Shown here in pieces: positions 27,042 through 29,968 of a stretch of 29,968 nt of DNA. Numbering within the stretch: the first letter of the stretch is position 1; every line of letters begins with the position of its first letter. A program made the position numbers and the translations under genes. The DNA lies in assembly GCA_046754105.1 (NCBI GenBank), contig JBHHVD010000035.1, positions 1 to 29,968 on the forward strand. The letters run 5' to 3'. The stretch is from Candidatus Krumholzibacteriia bacterium (GTDB lineage: Bacteria; Krumholzibacteriota; Krumholzibacteriia; WVZY01). Below the pieces are notes generated by a model. It saw only the letters and a list, made by a program, of their open reading frames with translations, had not been told where the DNA came from and did not search any database.

Positions 27042-27779
27042 ATGAAAACGACTCCTGAAGATTTTCCACAGGAAATCGTCCCGGAGCTGATTTCGTGCCT
27101 GGAAAGCCTGCGGCGAAAAGGTATAAGATCAATATACCTCGATGCCCCACAAGGGAAGCCCGCGGAGAGCAAGCGTGCGATGATGCCTTCTAAACAGAAA
27201 GATACGGTGACGACGACAGAGGACTCGATTCCCAAACAGCTTGCGGAGATAGAAGACGAAGTTCGAAAGTGCGTGAAATGCAGGCTGCACGAGGGCAGGA
27301 CCAATGCCGTCTTCGGGGTCGGTACTCCGCGCACCCGGGTCCTTTTCATCGGTGAAGGTCCGGGACGGGATGAGGACCTCAAAGGCGAACCGTTCGTCGG
27401 ACGCTCCGGCCAACTGCTGACCAAGATCATTCAAGCCATCGATCTCGAGCGCAAGGACGTCTACATCACCAATATCGTCAAGTGTCGGCCCCCGGATAAC
27501 CGGGACCCCCAGGAAGACGAGGTGCGGTGCTGCGAGCAGTACCTGATGCGCCAGATCGATTTGATACGGCCGCGTGTAATCTGTGCGTTGGGCAGGGTGG
27601 CCGCGCACTGGCTGCTCGATACCAAGGCGTCGTTGTCCGCCCTTCGCGAGAGCGACAATGAGTATCGAGGGATACAGGTGATCGTCACCTACCATCCGGC
27701 GGCGCTCCTGCGGAACCCGCATCTCAAAAAGGACGCATGGGAAGACTTCAAACAACTGAGAGGAATCATCAGCCGGTGA
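27042..27779 (+). CDS. Family-4 (Fe-S) uracil-DNA glycosylase
   Basis: [41 protein letters not shown]; ~65-aa N-terminal extension. Confidence 0.93.
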   Translation: MKTTPEDFPQEIVPELISCLESLRRKGIRSIYLDAPQGKPAESKRAMMPSKQKDTVTTTEDSIPKQLAEIEDEVRKCVKCRLHEGRTNAVFGVGTPRTRVLFIGEGPGRDEDLKGEPFVGRSGQLLTKIIQAIDLERKDVYITNIVKCRPPDNRDPQEDEVRCCEQYLMRQIDLIRPRVICALGRVAAHWLLDTKASLSALRESDNEYRGIQVIVTYHPAALLRNPHLKKDAWEDFKQLRGIISR

Positions 27780-27786
27780 GGTAATC

Positions 27787-29142
27787 ATGGCAGAACCCGC
27801 ACCCATAAAACAACCCAGCCGGGTCCCGCCCCATTCGATCGAGGCCGAGATGGCCGTGATCGGGGCGGTACTCATCGACAACTCGGCGCTGTCCGTTCTC
27901 ACCGAGTATCTGACCGAGGACGCTTTCTACAAGAAAGCGCACAAAGATATTTTCCACGCGATGCTGACCGTGTCCGAAAAGGGCGAGGCGATCGACGTCA
28001 TAACGCTGGCCGAGGAACTCAAACGGCTGGGCACGTATCATACCGTGGGCGGCCCGACGTACCTTACCCGGGTCATGGACAACGTGCACACGGCGGCCAA
28101 CGCGGAATATTACGCGAAACTCGTTTTTGAGAAATACCTGTTGAGAAGATTGATCACGATATCGGGAGAAATCAGCACGCAGTGCATGCTGGCCGAACGC
28201 GACGCGCGGGAAGTTCTGGACGAGGCAGAACGGCTCATATTCGAGGTATCCGAGCGAGGTGTACGCAAGACCTTTGAGCCGATCGGCAAGATCATCAAGG
28301 AACGTCTCGAAAACCTGGAGAGAATATCGGAAAACAAGGATCTCGTCTCGGGGCTGGCGACGCCGTTCGACGAGTTGGACGCGTACACGTCGGGCTTCCA
28401 GAACTCGGAATTGATCATCATCGCGGGGCGCCCGTCGATGGGCAAGACCAGTTTCGCACTGAACGTCGCGCAGCACGTGGCAACCAAGAACAAGATCCCC
28501 GCGGGCATTTTCAGCCTCGAGATGTCCAGCGAACAGCTCGTAATGCGTATGCTGTGCAGCGAGGCCCGTATCGACTCGAACCGGCTGCGCAAGGGATACG
28601 TGAAAAGCTCCGAGTTCGCCGAGTTGGCGATCGTGGCCGGTTACCTGAGCGAGGCTCCGGTCTATATCGATGACTCTCCGGGAATCACGATGATGGAGCT
28701 TCGCGCCAAGTCACGCCGCCTGAAAGCGGAGGTCAACGTCGGGTGCATCGTCGTGGATTACCTGCAGTTGATCACGTCGCGTGAAACCTACGAGAACCGG
28801 CAGCAGCAGATTTCGAACATTTCCAGAAACTTGAAGGGCCTGGCCAAGGAACTCAACGTTCCCGTGGTCGTTCTGTCCCAGCTGTCGCGGGCCGTCGAGT
28901 CGAGGGGAGGCGACCGGCGCCCGATACTGTCGGACCTTCGCGAGAGTGGGGCCATCGAGCAGGACGCTGACACCGTGCTGATGCTCTACCGGCCGGAGTT
29001 CTACGAGGGGGAAGACTCCGAACACGCCGGCACCGCGGAAGTGATCATCGCCAAGCAGAGGAACGGCCCGACGGGCATGGTCAAGCTGGCGTTTCAGAAA
29101 GAATACACCCGCTTCGAAAGACTCTCGCCTGTCGCCGACTAG
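27787..29142 (+). CDS. dnaB: Replicative DNA helicase
   Basis: PPHSIEAE, AGRPSMGKT, FSLEMS, VDYLQL, LSQLSR.VE.R, SDLRESGAIEQDAD, IIAKQRNGPTG; 451 aa, no intein. Confidence 0.98.
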   Translation: MAEPAPIKQPSRVPPHSIEAEMAVIGAVLIDNSALSVLTEYLTEDAFYKKAHKDIFHAMLTVSEKGEAIDVITLAEELKRLGTYHTVGGPTYLTRVMDNVHTAANAEYYAKLVFEKYLLRRLITISGEISTQCMLAERDAREVLDEAERLIFEVSERGVRKTFEPIGKIIKERLENLERISENKDLVSGLATPFDELDAYTSGFQNSELIIIAGRPSMGKTSFALNVAQHVATKNKIPAGIFSLEMSSEQLVMRMLCSEARIDSNRLRKGYVKSSEFAELAIVAGYLSEAPVYIDDSPGITMMELRAKSRRLKAEVNVGCIVVDYLQLITSRETYENRQQQISNISRNLKGLAKELNVPVVVLSQLSRAVESRGGDRRPILSDLRESGAIEQDADTVLMLYRPEFYEGEDSEHAGTAEVIIAKQRNGPTGMVKLAFQKEYTRFERLSPVAD

Positions 29143-29187
29143 AAATCGGGCCGGACGCCAGTACGCCCCGGATGGTATAAATAAGCC

Positions 29188-29883
29188 ATGCCGAGAACCG
29201 ACGTTTTGATCATGGCCGCCGGCGGCGGCACGAGGTTGGGTGCGGACGAGCCGAAGCCCTACCGGTCGCTGCTCGGGAGGCCGATGATCGTTTGGCCGCT
29301 CGAGCGCCTCGCGCACCACCCGGACGTCGCATCCGTGACCGTCGTGGTGGCGCCGGGTGAAGAGGGCCGCGCGCGGCAGCTCCTCGCGGAGTACTCGATC
29401 GACAAAGTCGGCAGAATCGTCGCCGGGGGCGATACGCGTCAACGGTCCGTGTCGCTGGGACTGCGGTCCCTGGGCGAGGGGAGCGAGCGAGTGCTGGTCC
29501 ACGACGCAGCGCGGCCGTGCGTGTCGGCGGACCTGGTAAACGCGGTCGTCCGTGCTCTCGATGAATGTAGCGCCGTAATACCGGCGGTCCCCGCCGTTGA
29601 CACGATGATCCACGCGCAGGACGGCGTCCTGGGTGCGGTCGTGGACCGAGTGCACGTGTGCGGGGTACAGACGCCACAGGCGTTTGCGACCGAACTGCTG
29701 ATTAGGGCCCACGACCGCGCGGAGGAAAGCGGGTTTCGCTCGAGTGACGACGCGTCGCTGGTATACGCTCTCGGGGAGCAGGTTCGCGTCGTACCGGGTG
29801 AGCGGACGAATATCAAGGTTACGTTCGCAGAGGACCTCGGGGTAGCCGAAGCGATTCTGAAGTCGCAGCGTGACGCCCGGTAA
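29188..29883 (+). CDS. ispD: 2-C-methyl-D-erythritol 4-phosphate cytidylyltransferase
   Basis: AAGGGTRLG...K, GG.TRQ.SV, VHDAARP, QTPQAF, DDASL, NIKVT..EDL. Confidence 0.93.
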   Translation: MPRTDVLIMAAGGGTRLGADEPKPYRSLLGRPMIVWPLERLAHHPDVASVTVVVAPGEEGRARQLLAEYSIDKVGRIVAGGDTRQRSVSLGLRSLGEGSERVLVHDAARPCVSADLVNAVVRALDECSAVIPAVPAVDTMIHAQDGVLGAVVDRVHVCGVQTPQAFATELLIRAHDRAEESGFRSSDDASLVYALGEQVRVVPGERTNIKVTFAEDLGVAEAILKSQRDAR

Positions 29884-29902
29884 CGGCGAGCGGATCCGTC
29901 AC

Positions 29903-29968
29903 CGGCCCGATGCGGGTGGCAGCGAACGGGCGCCCGCCCGCGCGCAGGCTTCGAGCACGGGTGGGCTG
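29903..29968. repeat. Inverted copy of the palindromic repeat, truncated by the window end
   Basis: Reverse complement of 29903-29968 matches 21999-22064 at 63 of 66 positions (manual alignment). Confidence 0.85.

Noticed and set aside
27787..29142. Intein in dnaB, or a programmed frameshift in the release factor gene
   Set aside because: DnaB is normal length and continuous. The release factor is RF1 (PVT motif) with an uninterrupted frame.
1..29968. CRISPR array, prophage, integrase or defence genes
   Set aside because: No regularly spaced direct repeats and no such protein motifs. The repeats found are dispersed palindromes.

Overview
High-GC bacterial chromosome segment; gene content suggests an FCB-group/candidate-phylum organism (inference only). 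188-8716 is a compact five-gene signalling cluster behind a sigma54-type promoter: REC-GGDEF, a sensorless His kinase, two tandem membrane-GAF-HisKA-HATPase-GAF-HD-GYP fusions with degenerate HD-GYP metal sites, and a single-domain response regulator. Housekeeping genes follow: priA, a TPR lipoprotein, rho-rpmE-DUF1385-prfA-prmC-murA-selB, an orphan secreted protein, an RqcH/NFACT gene on the minus strand, then yicC-gmk-rpoZ-coaBC-UDG-dnaB-ispD. The most notable non-coding signal is a stand-alone ~275-nt structured transcript (about 21614-21887) with tandem GTAAA-N5-TTTAC enhancer-like palindromes, a well-formed sigma54 promoter and an intrinsic terminator, but no convincing ORF. There is also a ~185-nt rod-like RNA candidate before rho and a three-copy GC-rich palindromic intergenic repeat family. 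No tRNA, rRNA, CRISPR array or transposase was seen. All calls were made by eye; no database search was run.
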